A stretch of DNA of 64,000 nt from Ascoidea asiatica JCM 7603 (GCA_001600695.1 BCKQ01000001.1:1809066-1873065), one strand, 5' to 3'. Shown: positions 47,229-60,337, counted from the first letter of the stretch. Numbers and translations are program-made. Notes: generated by a model not told the origin, from the sequence alone.

Positions 47229-49688
47229 ATGGATAGTAATGATCCTAATACTGATCCAGACAAAGATTTCTTTCTGAAAGATAATAATGAAGATACTAAT
47301 TTCATATATCCAATTGGTTTAGATATTCAAGATAATCAAAATCCAGAACTATCATTAAAAACAATTGATGAAAATCATTTATTATATATATCTGAGAGAA
47401 ATAATTTAAAATTAAATTTAAATAAAAAAATTGGTTTAAATATAGATAATTTAATTTGTTCAATTTGTCAAAAAATTTTAAATAATCCAATATTATTAAA
47501 TTGTAATCATGTTTTTTGTAAAAAATGTTTAAATAAATTTTTAAAATTTAAGAAAAAAAAAATTTGTCCAATTGATAATTATCCTTTTAATTCTTTTAAA
47601 AAAATTCCATTATTATTAAATAATTTAATTAATGATTTAAAATTAAATTGTTATAATTATCAAAGAGGTTGTAATTGGTTAAATATTAAATCAAATTTAA
47701 ATAATCATTTATTACATTCTTGTAATTTTACAAGAATAATTTGTATTTGTAATAAATTTATTGAAAAAAGATTTATAAATTTAATTAATTATACTATTAA
47801 TCTTAATAATAATAATAATAATAATAATAATATTAATAATAGTAATGAAAATGAAAATGATAAGAATATTTTACTAGATAATTTAAATAATTTTATCTTA
47901 AATCAAAATAATCATACTTTCACTTTTAAAGATTTTCAATTAAAGAATAATAAATGTTATCATAAATTATTTTTTCAATTATTTGATTTAAATTATAATG
48001 ATTTTATTATATCTTTATACTCCAATATTAATAAAAATACAAATATAAATAACAATACTCATAACCATAATCACATACATAATCATAAAAATAAAGATAA
48101 AGATAAAGATAAAGAAAAAGAAAAAGATAAGAATAAAAATAGAGATAAAAATAAAGTGAAAATGAAAAGAGAATCTTTCAAATCTTTGAATCAAATAAAT
48201 AATGAATTCAATAACTCTTCTATTACTCAATTAATTCAAAAAATTAAAGATTTTCAAAAACTTGAAAAGAATAACAATAATGATCATGATAATACAAATT
48301 CAAATTCAAATTCAAATTCAAATTCAAATTTAGAATTAATTCAATGTTCAAATAAATATCTTGGTTGTAATTGGAAATTTAAATTATATGATACCTATTA
48401 TCATAATCAATATTATAATATAAATAATGATTATCAGGATAATAAAGAAATTTCAAATTCAAATAAAACAGACAAAGATTTAGATTTTAATATAAATAAT
48501 GAAGAAAATAAAATAAATAAAGAGAATAACTTAGAATTAAATAATAAAAAGGATAATATAAAACTTCAAACTAATAAAATTATTAAAAATCATTTAAATA
48601 ATCATTGTAAATATCAAAAATTAAATAATTTATTAAATAATTCTCTTAATCAATTAATTAATTTAAATTCAAAATTAAATAATCAATTTGATAATAAAAT
48701 TAATGAAAATGAAATTTTTTTAGAAAAAATGGAAGTTTTAAGAAATTTAGAAAATTCTAAAAGTGATAATGAACTTGAAGAAATTGAAGTAATTGAAGAA
48801 TTTGAAGAATTTGAAGAATTAGATGAAATAATGAAATTTAATAATGATTTAATGAAATCTTTTTATTTTGAAAATTCAAATAATGATAATATAAGTAATA
48901 TAAATTTTAATAATAGTAATGATAATGAGAATAGTGATTATGATATAAGTGAAATGGAAAAATTAAAGAAAACATTAAATTTAAATTTAAATACAAATGT
49001 TAACTTGAATTCAACTACAAATAATAATAATAATAATAATAATATAAAAAATTTTATATTAAATTATATGAATAATGATTATGAAATAAAAGATGATAAT
49101 CTTGATGAATTTTTTAATAATTTATTTCAAGAAGAACTTTATTCACCAATAATTTTAAATAATAAATTAAAAGAATTATTTAAAGATTATATTTTTTTAA
49201 TTAATAATTTTAAAAAATTAATTAAATTTAATTCAAATTTATTAATTAATAAAGATCAATTATCATTTTTAAATAATTTTCAAAATAATTTTATTAAAAA
49301 TCAACAATTTAATAATTTAAATAAAAATTTTAAACTCAGTCAATTGAAAACAAATTTAAATAATAATAGTATAAATAGTGAAGAAGAAAATGAAAATGAA
49401 AATGAAAATGAAAATGAAACAAGTTCTTCAATATTTAGAAGTTCAAGTAGATTTAATTCAAGATTACCTTCAAATAGTTCTACAAGAACAAGTGATTCAA
49501 TAAATAGTTCTGAGAGTAATTCGGAAACTAGTTCAACAAATAGTTCTATTATAAGTAATTTTAGTGAAGATAATCTTAATAGTATTTTCACTGGAAATCA
49601 TTATAAAAGTAATAATAATAATAATAATAATAATAATGAAAATCATAATGGAAAGTTTAATGGAAATAAAGTTAAAGTTAAATTATAA
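47229..49688 (+). CDS. RING (C3HC3D) plus TRAF-type zinc-finger protein, putative E3 ligase, 819 aa
   Basis: CSIC..LNNPILLNCNHVFCKKC...ICPID, then CYNYQRGCNW..LNNHL..SC and CSNKYLGCNW...NHL..HC; coiled-coil-like distal region. First ATG at 47229. Confidence 0.8.
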   Translation: MDSNDPNTDPDKDFFLKDNNEDTNFIYPIGLDIQDNQNPELSLKTIDENHLLYISERNNLKLNLNKKIGLNIDNLICSICQKILNNPILLNCNHVFCKKCLNKFLKFKKKKICPIDNYPFNSFKKIPLLLNNLINDLKLNCYNYQRGCNWLNIKSNLNNHLLHSCNFTRIICICNKFIEKRFINLINYTINLNNNNNNNNNINNSNENENDKNILLDNLNNFILNQNNHTFTFKDFQLKNNKCYHKLFFQLFDLNYNDFIISLYSNINKNTNINNNTHNHNHIHNHKNKDKDKDKEKEKDKNKNRDKNKVKMKRESFKSLNQINNEFNNSSITQLIQKIKDFQKLEKNNNNDHDNTNSNSNSNSNSNLELIQCSNKYLGCNWKFKLYDTYYHNQYYNINNDYQDNKEISNSNKTDKDLDFNINNEENKINKENNLELNNKKDNIKLQTNKIIKNHLNNHCKYQKLNNLLNNSLNQLINLNSKLNNQFDNKINENEIFLEKMEVLRNLENSKSDNELEEIEVIEEFEEFEELDEIMKFNNDLMKSFYFENSNNDNISNINFNNSNDNENSDYDISEMEKLKKTLNLNLNTNVNLNSTTNNNNNNNNIKNFILNYMNNDYEIKDDNLDEFFNNLFQEELYSPIILNNKLKELFKDYIFLINNFKKLIKFNSNLLINKDQLSFLNNFQNNFIKNQQFNNLNKNFKLSQLKTNLNNNSINSEEENENENENENETSSSIFRSSSRFNSRLPSNSSTRTSDSINSSESNSETSSTNSSIISNFSEDNLNSIFTGNHYKSNNNNNNNNNENHNGKFNGNKVKVKL

Positions 49689-50688
49689 TTGTTTAGAATA
49701 AGAATAAAAATTTCTCTTATTTATTATTGAGATTTTACTCGAGTAAATTATATATAATTGTATATTTCATTTCATTTTAGTTTATTTTAGTTTTTTGTTT
49801 CATTTTTTCAACATATATTAAAGTTTTTGTAATATTTCGGCTAATTTTAAATTTTGAAAATAAAAGGTCTTTTTTTTTTAAAATATATTTGTGATTAACC
49901 CTTTTAATTTAAATAAATAAGCGTGTGGTGTTTGTAGAAGTTGAAAAAAATTAAAAAAAAAATGATTTACAAAAATATAAAAATATTAATTGTTCTTTTA
50001 ATAGATTTAATCAAAAGGAGTATTAAAACTGAAATTATGAATGAAATTGTAAAGAGTTCAGTAGTTTTCTTTTAAATAGTTTTATTAATTGTATCATTTT
50101 GTATCATTTTATATCATTTTATATTAGTTTGTATTATTTTAAATGGGATTAAAAAAAAAAAAAAAGGATGAAATTTGACATACGATTATGTTCAATGAAA
50201 TTGATAAAAAAATATTAATTATTAACAAGTTATTATTATTATGGAAGTTAAATAAAATTTTTGGTAAAGAAATGATAAATTATTTTAAATTTCTTTCAAA
50301 ATTTAGTCATTTTTTAAAACTTTTTAATTAATTGGATAAAATTTGAGTAAAAATTGAGTAAAATTTGAATAAAATGTGGTTAAAAAGGATAAGAAATTAT
50401 TGAAAGTTATTAAAAGTGATTGAAAGTGAATGAAAATGATAGAAACCGATAAAAAAAAAGGATAAATTTTGATAAAATTTTGATAAAAAATGACTCCTTT
50501 CATAATTTGAGAAATGTTTATATTAAAATTAGTGTTCCATTGTTTAAATAATTAATCTGTTAGGTCAACAGATTCCCAATTCATGATTTTATTTTAAGAT
50601 TACTTTAAGAATAAATGTTTAATATCTGGGTAAGTAACTAGCCAACTAACTAACTAGGTTAATATTTTGTAATTTGCAAATGATAATT

Positions 50689-50737
50689 GATAAATGATAA
50701 ATGATAAATGATAAATGATAAATGATAAATGATAAAT
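50689..50737 (+). repeat. (GATAAAT)7 tandem repeat
   Basis: Seven perfect 7-mers in intergenic DNA. Confidence 0.9.
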
Positions 50738-52200
50738 AATAAATTTAAGGAATCATTAATTCATTTCATTTACTCTTTACAAAATTTATCATTAATTCAT
50801 TCCAATGTAGAAATTGCAAGGCATCAGAATACTTTTGAATAGTAAGCAGAGTGATTATGATCATCATAATAATAAAAGTATTAAAAGTATTATTTCAATA
50901 TTATTTTAATATTATTCCATGTTGAATGTTAACAGAAAGGGTTGAGAATTGAATAACATAGAATAAATATAGTATTTAGTATTTAGTATTTATTTAGTAC
51001 ATTGTAATTGAGTATTTGTTTGTTATTTATTTGAATAACGTTGATATTTATTGCATTTGAATTTGAAATTAGGTGGAAAAGTGTTGAGAATTTACTTCAT
51101 TTACTTCATTCAAAGAACTCAAATTCAAATTCAAATTCAAGTTTAAACTGTTTTAAAATTTAATTTAGACAATTGTTGAAAGTTGTAATAAGTAATAAGT
51201 AATAAGTAATATTTATTTCATCTCATTTCAGTAATTCTTCTTCACTGTGCTGGGCTGGCTAGTTTTTAATCTTCCTACGTTTATTATTGCAATCAATCTA
51301 ATATATAATAATATAATAATATAATACTTAATATAATACTTAATATAATACTTAATATACTACTTAATATTCTGCTCAGTCAAATATAATCAATCATATC
51401 CAAGTAATCATCAATCGATAATCAATATATTTATCAATCAATAGCTATCCACAAATACAAGTAAGTTGGCTATTTGTATTTATTTGTTTTTGCATTTGTT
51501 TTTGTTATTCTTTGCTGTTATCATTGCATCTTTCAATACTTCTTCATTATCACTTCTCGTCACTTCTCTTACAACTACAACTACAAACATAATTCATTAT
51601 CAATAATCAATATCTAACAATCAATATATTTATCTTCTTCATCTTCATTATCATTATCATTATCATTCAGTTATAATATATCCCAAATCTTCATATCATA
51701 TCTCTGTCATTCTCATCCTTGTCATACTTTTTTGTTCTCATTCTCCTTGATTCTGTATAAAGACTTGCTAAGGCCTTTTTGTTACTTAAACCTGGTTTAA
51801 AACTACAATTACTAATAATATTTTGCAAAAAAAAAAAAATATAATACAAGTACTTAAACTAAATTATATATTTTCTCATAACGTTGCTTTCTCAAATATT
51901 TATTACTTTATTCCATTTACTTTCTATATTATATTAATTTATATCAATTTATATCAATTTATATTAAATTATATTATATCATTATATTCTACAAACTTCA
52001 TATTCTTATTCATATTCATCTTCATTCTCATTCTCATTCTCATCATTTATCATTTATCATTTATCATTTATCATTTATCAAAAGAATTCATTTTCTTTTA
52101 TAATCACATAATCAATTAATCATCTAATATTTTCACAATTCATCCTTCAATTTTTTTTTCATTACAAATTAATCATTTTAATAAAAGCCATCAATATATA

Positions 52201-54078
52201 ATGGCTAAAGATAGAATATCAAAGCCAGGCGTATATAAAAATAAATCAAGAAAGAATTCTCTGGCAAGTGTTCATAAATCAACTTCTTCTGATTTAATTT
52301 TAAAAGCAGCTCAATCTCAATCTCAATCTCAATCTCAAAATCAAAATCATTCTCATTCTCAATCTCAGAATCAAATTCATTCTCATTCACAATTACAATC
52401 TCATTCTGTTCTTTTAAAACATTCAAATTCAATATCTGTATCTAATAATTATCAAAATTATCATTCAACTTATAATCAAACATCTTTATCAAATAATTTA
52501 CCTTTACAATCTCAAATAAATTCTCAAATTAATCCTCAAATAAATCCTCAAATTCAACATCAGTTTCAATATCAACAGTCTCAAGTTCCTAATGGTACTT
52601 TAACTCCTCAAAATCTTCATCCTACTTCTTTTCAACAAAATAATTATAATAATATTAATAATCTCAATAATCTCAATAATCTCAATAATCTTAATAATAT
52701 TAACAACATTAACAACATTAATAATCTCAACAATATAAATAATCTTAATAATATCAATAACCTTGGTAATTTAAATAATGTTAGTACTTTTGATAACCTA
52801 AATACTATAAATCCAGTTACCACCACTACTTCTAACAATAATAACATTAAAGCTAATAATGATAATAATGGTAATAATCAAAATAATCAAAATATGGACT
52901 TATATTATAAATTTGCAAATCAACAAAAAGTTTTAGAATATCAAATTAAACAAGAAAGAATTCAAAAATATTTAATTGAAGAAAAAAAAGTTCTTGAAAA
53001 AGTTGAACAAGAAGAATTTGAATTATATAAAAAAAAATTAGCAGAAGAAGAAGAAAAAAAAATTAATTTAATTAAAATTTCAAAAAAAAATGATACTCAA
53101 CAAGTTTATATTAAAAATAAATTAGATAATATTATGAAAATTAATACTGTTACTGATCCAAGTAAAATAACTTTAATGGGAATGCCTTCAAATTCAAAAA
53201 AATTTAATAATCTCAATAATAATAATTTAATTAGTTATCAATACTCTTCAAATCAAACTCAAAATGGTTTACTATTAAATCCTCCTTTACAACAACAACA
53301 AAATAATCAATATTTACCTTCTTTAAGTCAACAGTTTACTTCTTATCAATCTAATCCATTATCTGGAATTTCCCAACAATCAAAAGAATTATCAAATCCT
53401 CATCCTTTAACTAATCAATATTTAAATAATAATAATAATAATAATACCAATTCCTCTTATTATGATATTAAAGGTTTGAATTCTAAAAAACTATTAAATG
53501 ATTTATCTCCAAATCAAAATCAATTACCTTCCATAAAATATTTATTAAAAGATAATATAATTTCAACTAGTCCAATCAATATTTCAAGTATTTCAAATAA
53601 AAATTCATTATCCCCTTCAATGTCTCCAAGAGGACCACAACAACCACAACAGCTTCAACAGCAACAACAAATGATTCCTTTACAATCCCAATTAGTAAAT
53701 TCAAATTCAAATACAAGTAATCAATATCAATATCCATCTATAGACCAATCTTTAAATCAAAATTTACCATATTCAATGAATAATTTTCAATTTAATTATA
53801 ACTCTATATCAACAACAAATTTACCATTGCCAAGGTTTACAACTAATACGGCAAATACAACCAATACAACAAGTACATTAAATACATTAAATACAGTAAA
53901 TACAATAAATACGATAAATTATCAAAATGATCAAATTCCAGCAAGTTCAATTCAAAATTCAAATAGAAATTCTTCTGGAGGTAATTTAAATACAAGTAAT
54001 TCAACAAGTAATACTACTCCAAATAATACAACTCCAAATTATGCTAATAATATATATTATCAGCAAAATTATAAATAA
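52201..54078 (+). CDS. Q/N-rich protein with a central charged coiled coil; unknown function, possible transcriptional regulator
   Basis: 625-codon ORF; (NNL/NNI)n repeats, DLYYKFANQQKVLEYQIKQERIQKYL..EEEEKK helix, LPSI motif; 2.5-kb upstream intergenic. Confidence 0.75.
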   Translation: MAKDRISKPGVYKNKSRKNSLASVHKSTSSDLILKAAQSQSQSQSQNQNHSHSQSQNQIHSHSQLQSHSVLLKHSNSISVSNNYQNYHSTYNQTSLSNNLPLQSQINSQINPQINPQIQHQFQYQQSQVPNGTLTPQNLHPTSFQQNNYNNINNLNNLNNLNNLNNINNINNINNLNNINNLNNINNLGNLNNVSTFDNLNTINPVTTTTSNNNNIKANNDNNGNNQNNQNMDLYYKFANQQKVLEYQIKQERIQKYLIEEKKVLEKVEQEEFELYKKKLAEEEEKKINLIKISKKNDTQQVYIKNKLDNIMKINTVTDPSKITLMGMPSNSKKFNNLNNNNLISYQYSSNQTQNGLLLNPPLQQQQNNQYLPSLSQQFTSYQSNPLSGISQQSKELSNPHPLTNQYLNNNNNNNTNSSYYDIKGLNSKKLLNDLSPNQNQLPSIKYLLKDNIISTSPINISSISNKNSLSPSMSPRGPQQPQQLQQQQQMIPLQSQLVNSNSNTSNQYQYPSIDQSLNQNLPYSMNNFQFNYNSISTTNLPLPRFTTNTANTTNTTSTLNTLNTVNTINTINYQNDQIPASSIQNSNRNSSGGNLNTSNSTSNTTPNNTTPNYANNIYYQQNYK

Positions 54079-55002
54079 TTAATGGACTTTTAAAACTGTT
54101 ACTTATTTAAATATTACAATTTAATATTTTTATATTGTTATACCATTTGTATTTTTATATTATTGTAATTGTGCCTTTTAACATTAAAAAACCAATTTTC
54201 CAATTTTTTATATTATTTCATCTTAAAGTTGGTTTTTAGTTTCATTGTTGTTTAATTTTGTTGTCATTTTCATATCTTACACTACATTCATTATATTCAT
54301 TCATTCGTTCATTCACTTATTTATTAAATTATTTATTGTTTCTTAAACATTATAAGTTTTTAAGTTCATAAAATCATAAATCTATATCATCATAAATCCA
54401 AATAATCATTAGTTTATTGAATTTATTAAGTCATTTAATCATTTCATCCAAATTTTCAATAAACCATAATATAAAATCATCACAATTATAGATTCAATTA
54501 TCATCATCATTAACTTTTTTTTTTTTTTTTATTTTTTTCAACTAAGCAACTCATTTTACTTCTTTTCAAAAGCACTAGTCTATTTTTTTGATATTTAACT
54601 AATTGTTAATTTTTTTTTTCTTTTGTCGGTTAATTGATCCTCTTTTTAAAAGATCTCAATTAGATTTTGAAGTCAATTTGTATTATTATTTTTAAGTGCT
54701 ATTGGGTTGTTTATATATAAATTTGGTAGTTTAATTTGTTTTATCAATATCTTTTTTAGTTTGAATTATTTCTTTTTATTATTTTTATTATTTTTATTAT
54801 CTTTTTGTTATTTTTAATATACTTTTTTTTTATCAAAAATATGAACACTTGAAATCAATTTTTATTCTTGTCATTTATCATCATTTTCATTAATACATTT
54901 AAAGGGATATTAAAATTTTTGTTTTTAATCTTTTATAGATATATAGTATAATAAATAAATATCTATTTATATTATATTGTATTATATACAGTATGTATAT
55001 GA

Positions 55003-56133
55003 TTAATCATCTCTCCAATTAATTAAAACTTCATCAGTTCTAAATCTTTGAGTACAAATAGTATTATCAATATGAGTCAATTGACCCATTCTATAAGATA
55101 ATAAACCTGCATGAGCTATCATTATACCATTATCAATACAAAATCTTTCATCAGTTGCAAAAACATAAGAATTTCTATCATTAGCCATAATTTTCATCAT
55201 TTGTTGTAATCTTTCATTACAACCAACACCACCAACTATTAAAACTTGATTTGAATTAACATGAGCCATTGCTCTTTCAGTAATTTCAACTAACATTGAA
55301 AATAAACATTCTTGTAAAGAAAAACATAAATCTTCTTTAGTAATTTTCTGTTCTAGTTCCTTTTCCTTTTGCTTTTCCTGTTGTTCATTATTATTTTCAT
55401 CAAAAGATAATTTTTTAGCTAATTCATCAATAAAAGCAAGAATTCCAGATATTGAAATATCCATACCTTTGACAGTATATGGTAATTGAACTAAATTTTT
55501 ACCAGATTTAGCTAATTGTTCAATATTATAACCTGGAGAAGGATTATTTGAAATTTTTAAAGTTCTTGCAAATCTATCTAAACAATTACCAATTGCAATA
55601 TCTAAAGTTTCACCAAAAATTCTATATCTTTGATTTGAATAAGCTATAACTTGAGTATTACCACCAGAAACATATAAAACTACTGGATTTAAAGCACCAG
55701 TAATTTCTCTACCCATTTCAATATGACCAATACAATGATTCACACCAATTAAAGGTTTATTCCAAAGTAAAGATAAAGTTCTTGCAATAATTACGACAGA
55801 TTGTAAAGGAGCTCCCATTCCAGGACCTTGAGTAAAACAAATCACATCAATATCATTTTTATTTAAATTTGATTCAATTAAAGCATTTTTAATTAATCGA
55901 ACAATCCAATTTCTATGATGTCTTGCAGTATCTCTTGGTAAAAACCCTTCACCAGGTGGTGTAATATAAGTATGTCTTATATTTGATAATATTTCTGCTC
56001 TATTTGTTGAAGTTAATTGACCTTTATTATGTCGTATTATTCCAACACCTAATTTGTTTGCAGAACCTTCAAGACCAAGTGCTATATATGAAGATTTTCC
56101 TGGTTTTAGGTGAGTGTCTAGATCCACTGTCAT
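55003..56133 (-). CDS. KAE1: tRNA N6-threonylcarbamoyladenosine synthase Kae1 (KEOPS)
   Basis: [83 protein letters not shown]. Confidence 0.98.
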   Translation of the reverse strand: MTVDLDTHLKPGKSSYIALGLEGSANKLGVGIIRHNKGQLTSTNRAEILSNIRHTYITPPGEGFLPRDTARHHRNWIVRLIKNALIESNLNKNDIDVICFTQGPGMGAPLQSVVIIARTLSLLWNKPLIGVNHCIGHIEMGREITGALNPVVLYVSGGNTQVIAYSNQRYRIFGETLDIAIGNCLDRFARTLKISNNPSPGYNIEQLAKSGKNLVQLPYTVKGMDISISGILAFIDELAKKLSFDENNNEQQEKQKEKELEQKITKEDLCFSLQECLFSMLVEITERAMAHVNSNQVLIVGGVGCNERLQQMMKIMANDRNSYVFATDERFCIDNGIMIAHAGLLSYRMGQLTHIDNTICTQRFRTDEVLINWRDD

Positions 56134-56339
56134 TTCAAAGTTTTGTTAATATTATTGGTATTATTGTTCTAATTCTTGTGTTTCCAGTGCTTCCTCTGAA
56201 TTTCACACTGCAAACCTTTTTCAGTTTATTCAGATTCTTCATCTTCTTCATATTCACATCTTTAACAAAAAAAATAACTGAAAGCACGAGTTAAAAGAAC
56301 CAAAATCATGGTCTCAAATATTTTGTATTAGCCACATTT

Positions 56340-56530
56340 AAATAGGCTGGTGTGGGGTTTTATGACTAAGCAGTAACCCCTTATAGGTGGCAGACACGTG
56401 CCGCACAAAGTTCTGCTGTCAGTTTTGCGGTGCGCTTGCAACTGGAAACAGAGTTGCAGCTATTTAGGAATGGAGTCTAAAACAGAGCTGCTCAGTGCTG
56501 CTCAGTCCTACTCGTACAGTGCTAAACTGT
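56340..56530. promoter_or_regulatory. GC-rich island in the KAE1/AIM21 divergent promoter with CACGTG (56395-56400)
   Basis: Local GC rise and an E-box. Confidence 0.5.
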
Positions 56531-57003
56531 TCCCAGTAACATATTTACTACCGCTACTAATACTTTATATTTTTTTACATTCTTTTTTATTTACTTATTT
56601 ATATTTATTTATTTATTGGTTATTTATTAGTTATTTATTAGTTATTTATTAGTTATTTATTAGTTATTTACTTCAAAGGTTATCGTTATTTGATTAAATG
56701 AATACCTTCATGTATTATTAAAATTGACTTGATCTGAATATTTTTCTTTTTTTTAAACTTGTCTTCTTTGCAATTATCAAATAAACAACTCATTCACTTT
56801 TATCAAGTTGTATAAATAGGTACCTGAATATCAAAAAATCTTTTGCTTTTTTATTCAATCATTTCAATCACTTAAATTATACTAATCTTCAATTACAAAT
56901 ACAATTATAATTACAATTTCAATTCAAATTCTTAAGTTTAACGCTGATAGTTCTTTTATTCTCTTCATATTTATTGCTTTTTTTTATTCAAATCTCAAAC
57001 AAA

Positions 57004-60000
57004 ATGGATACTGATAATATTCCAAAGATCCCTAAAAGACCTTCTGAACACAAAGTATGTAAATCTTTTAAATCAAATATAGTAAAATAATACCATATGA
57101 TTATCATATTATAAAAAATGGTTGAAATTCAATTGCATAATTACTAACAAATTTTTCTAGAACTCATCACCTTTACATCAAAGTCACTCAACATTTTCAA
57201 TGGATAATTCAATTCCATCTGCTTCAATTCCAGTTAAAATCCTAAGAAGACCAGTAAAGAGACCAACAACCACTAATTCAAATTCAAATTCAAATTCAAA
57301 TACAACATCATCTTTATTAACTGATTTTAAAAATGATTTTAAAAATGATTTCCAATTCATTCAACCACATAGTAATAATAATAACAATTATAATAATACC
57401 TCAAATAATAATCAATTAAAATTAGGATCTCCACAAACTGTAATTCCTGAAAATTTATCACTTAATTCAAATAATAAATCTCATATTTTAAATTCATTAA
57501 ATTTAAATCATTCAAATAATTCAAATAATTCTTTAAATTCAATCAATTCTTTTAATCAATTATCAAAAGTTAGATCAATTATAAATGATGATTCAATGTA
57601 TGCAAATGATAATAATAATACTAATACATTCAATTCAATAAATAATAATATAAAAAATAATATTTCAAAAGATAATGAAAAAAATATTAGTTCTAATAAT
57701 AATAATCTTAATATTAATGACGATGATGATGATGATGATGATTTCAATTTCTTACCTCCAACTCGTAATGATACAAATTTATCAAATTCAAGTTCTTTAA
57801 ATTATTATAATAATAAAAATTCTTCAAATTTATCAATTAATATTTTAAATGATAATGAATTAAATACACAAAATTCTTCAATTAATGATAACAATAGTAA
57901 TAGCAATAATGATACATTAAATAATGATTTATCAAATAATGATAATGATAATCATACATTAAATGAAGATAATACTCAATTAAAATCTCGTCCAAGTAAT
58001 TTACACCTTTTAAATGTTAATTCAAATCAAACTTATGATCCAAATGATTTAATAACTCCAATAACTTCAAGAAATAAATTCATGAAATTTCCACAATCTT
58101 CATCTTCAATTTCTTCTTTAAATCAAAATTCAAAATCAATTAGCTCTTTATCACTTGATCCTCCAAAATTAAATTTTAAAAAAAACAATGATCATATAAA
58201 TTCTCCAATTAATGATTTATCAAGTATAACTCCATTTACAACTGATAAATTTAAAATTAAAACTCCAATTTTTACAACTCCAAGAAATTTATTATCTTCT
58301 TCAAAATTTAATAATTATAATTCATCAAATAATCATATTCAAAGAAATAATAATGAAAAAGAAATTGAAATTGAAAATGAAAATGAAAATGAAATTGAAA
58401 AGGAAATTAATGACAATGATAATGACGATGTAAGTGAAACTATCGATAATAGCAATGATACCATTGAAGATTCAAATGATAATACCATTGAAGAAGTTAA
58501 AGAAATTGAAATAAATAAAGATTTGAATTCCACTGATAATAATCAAGAATTATCACAAACTAATGAAGACAACGAAAATGTTGAAAAAGATATTAAATTA
58601 AATTATAATGAATCAAATACTAATAAGCCAAATAATGAACAAAATTCAATACCTTCAATTCCTTCAAGACCAAAAAAATCATCAATTCCATCAATACCAT
58701 CAATACCATCAAGACCTACAAGACCCAATAGACCTATAAGACCTTCAAAAATTGACAATCCAGAAAAGTTAGAAAATAATTTAGAATTTAATACTAATGA
58801 TAAAATTAAAGATATTGAAATTGATGATGAAAGTTCAATAATTTCATCAACGCTGGATGATATTGACAATTTTGAAAGTGCTACTGATATTTTATCAACT
58901 GCAAATGGAAGTTCTTCTGCACCTGATACTGCTCATAAAAATATTTCAAGAACTTCTACTTCTGCTTCTTCTTCTTCTTCTTCAAATTCAAATTCAAATT
59001 CAACACAAAAAGGTCCAATAATTCCTTTAGTTCGTCCAAAATCTCATAAATCTTCCTCAGATATAAATAATGATGAACCAATGGCTAGTCTGAAACAAGC
59101 TCCTTTTATTCCAAGAAGACCACCTGTAGTTCCAAAAAAGCCATCTTCTAAAATTGCAGCTTTTCAAAAAATGCTTGAAAAACAAAGATCAGAAGATATA
59201 AAACCAAAAGTTCCAAGAAGAATAATTAGAAGAACTACAACTTCTTCTTCTAATAATTCTGAAACTTCTGAAGATAAATCTGATACTAAAAAAAATTCTG
59301 AATCTGAAAATGTTTCAGAATCTACAACAAAAAGAGTACCTACAAAATTAGCTCAAAAACTAGATTTTGCTAAAAATTTAAATAGTATGCTTGGTATGGG
59401 GATTCCTGGAATGATATCTGGTGGTCCAAAACCAGTCGAAAAAATAGATTCTGATAATGATAGCGCTGCTAATAAAGAAGATAATAATTCAAATTCCTCT
59501 GATACAAAGGATAAAGAAGAAACAACAGTTCTCAAAGATGTTAGAAAAGGAAGAGCGAGAGGTCCAAGAGGTAGAAGATTACCTGAAAAGGCTAAAGAAG
59601 TGGTTGAAGTAAAAGAAAAATCAAGATATTCAAAATTTATTGCTCCAATGTGGGAAATTACTTTTGGTAAGACAGTAACTACAAAAATTGAAGATGATAA
59701 AATCGAAACTATTAAAATGGAAGATGGTGAAATCGAAAATGATGAAGCTGAAAAACCGAAGGTGCTTCCAAATGAAAATGTTCTTGAAGCAAATTCAATA
59801 GCTGATGAAAAAGAATCTACTGAAGAAAAAGATAATGGAATAACACCTATAAAAGGAAGTTTAGATGAAGCTGAAAATACTGATTTAGAAAAAGAGACTA
59901 ATGAAAATATCAAAAAACTAGATGACACACCAGAAGTATCAAGCAATGAACTCAGATTAGAAAAAACGATTTTTGAAAAAGAATCAAAAGAAGAATTAAA

Positions 60001-60337
60001 ACCAACTTTAGTTGAAGATTCTAAAGATATAATGGATCTTAGTAAGGAAGTTAATGAAATGAATATTTCTTCTCAGTCAAATAAAATAGAAGATCATGAT
60101 TTTGATTTCAATGATAATAATAACATGAATCAAAATTCAGATGTTGAAGTATTTCAAGAAGAAATCAAAAAGACTATCTCTAAATCTTCCAATGATTCCA
60201 TTGAGATTTTACCAATTAAAAGTGAGTTGGATGAAGATCCCAAATTACCAACCGAGCACTCTAATCACAATGATTTGATTGAATATAAAGAAACAATCAT
60301 AATTCCAGATGAAAGTGAAGATGAAGATAAAAAATAA
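57004..60337 (+). CDS. AIM21: Aim21-like actin-patch / capping-protein regulator; join(57004..57054,57161..60337), 1075 aa
   Basis: PxxPxRP SH3 ligands, PPVVPKKPSSKIAAFQKML, FAKNLNSMLG, LKDVRKGRARGPRGRRLP. Exon 1 MDTDNIPKIPKRPSEHK splices in frame to the 57200 ORF. Confidence 0.85.
57055..57160 (+). other. Spliceosomal intron of AIM21 (106 nt)
   Basis: GTATGT at 57055, TACTAAC 57142-57148, TAG ending 57160; phase 0. Confidence 0.92.
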
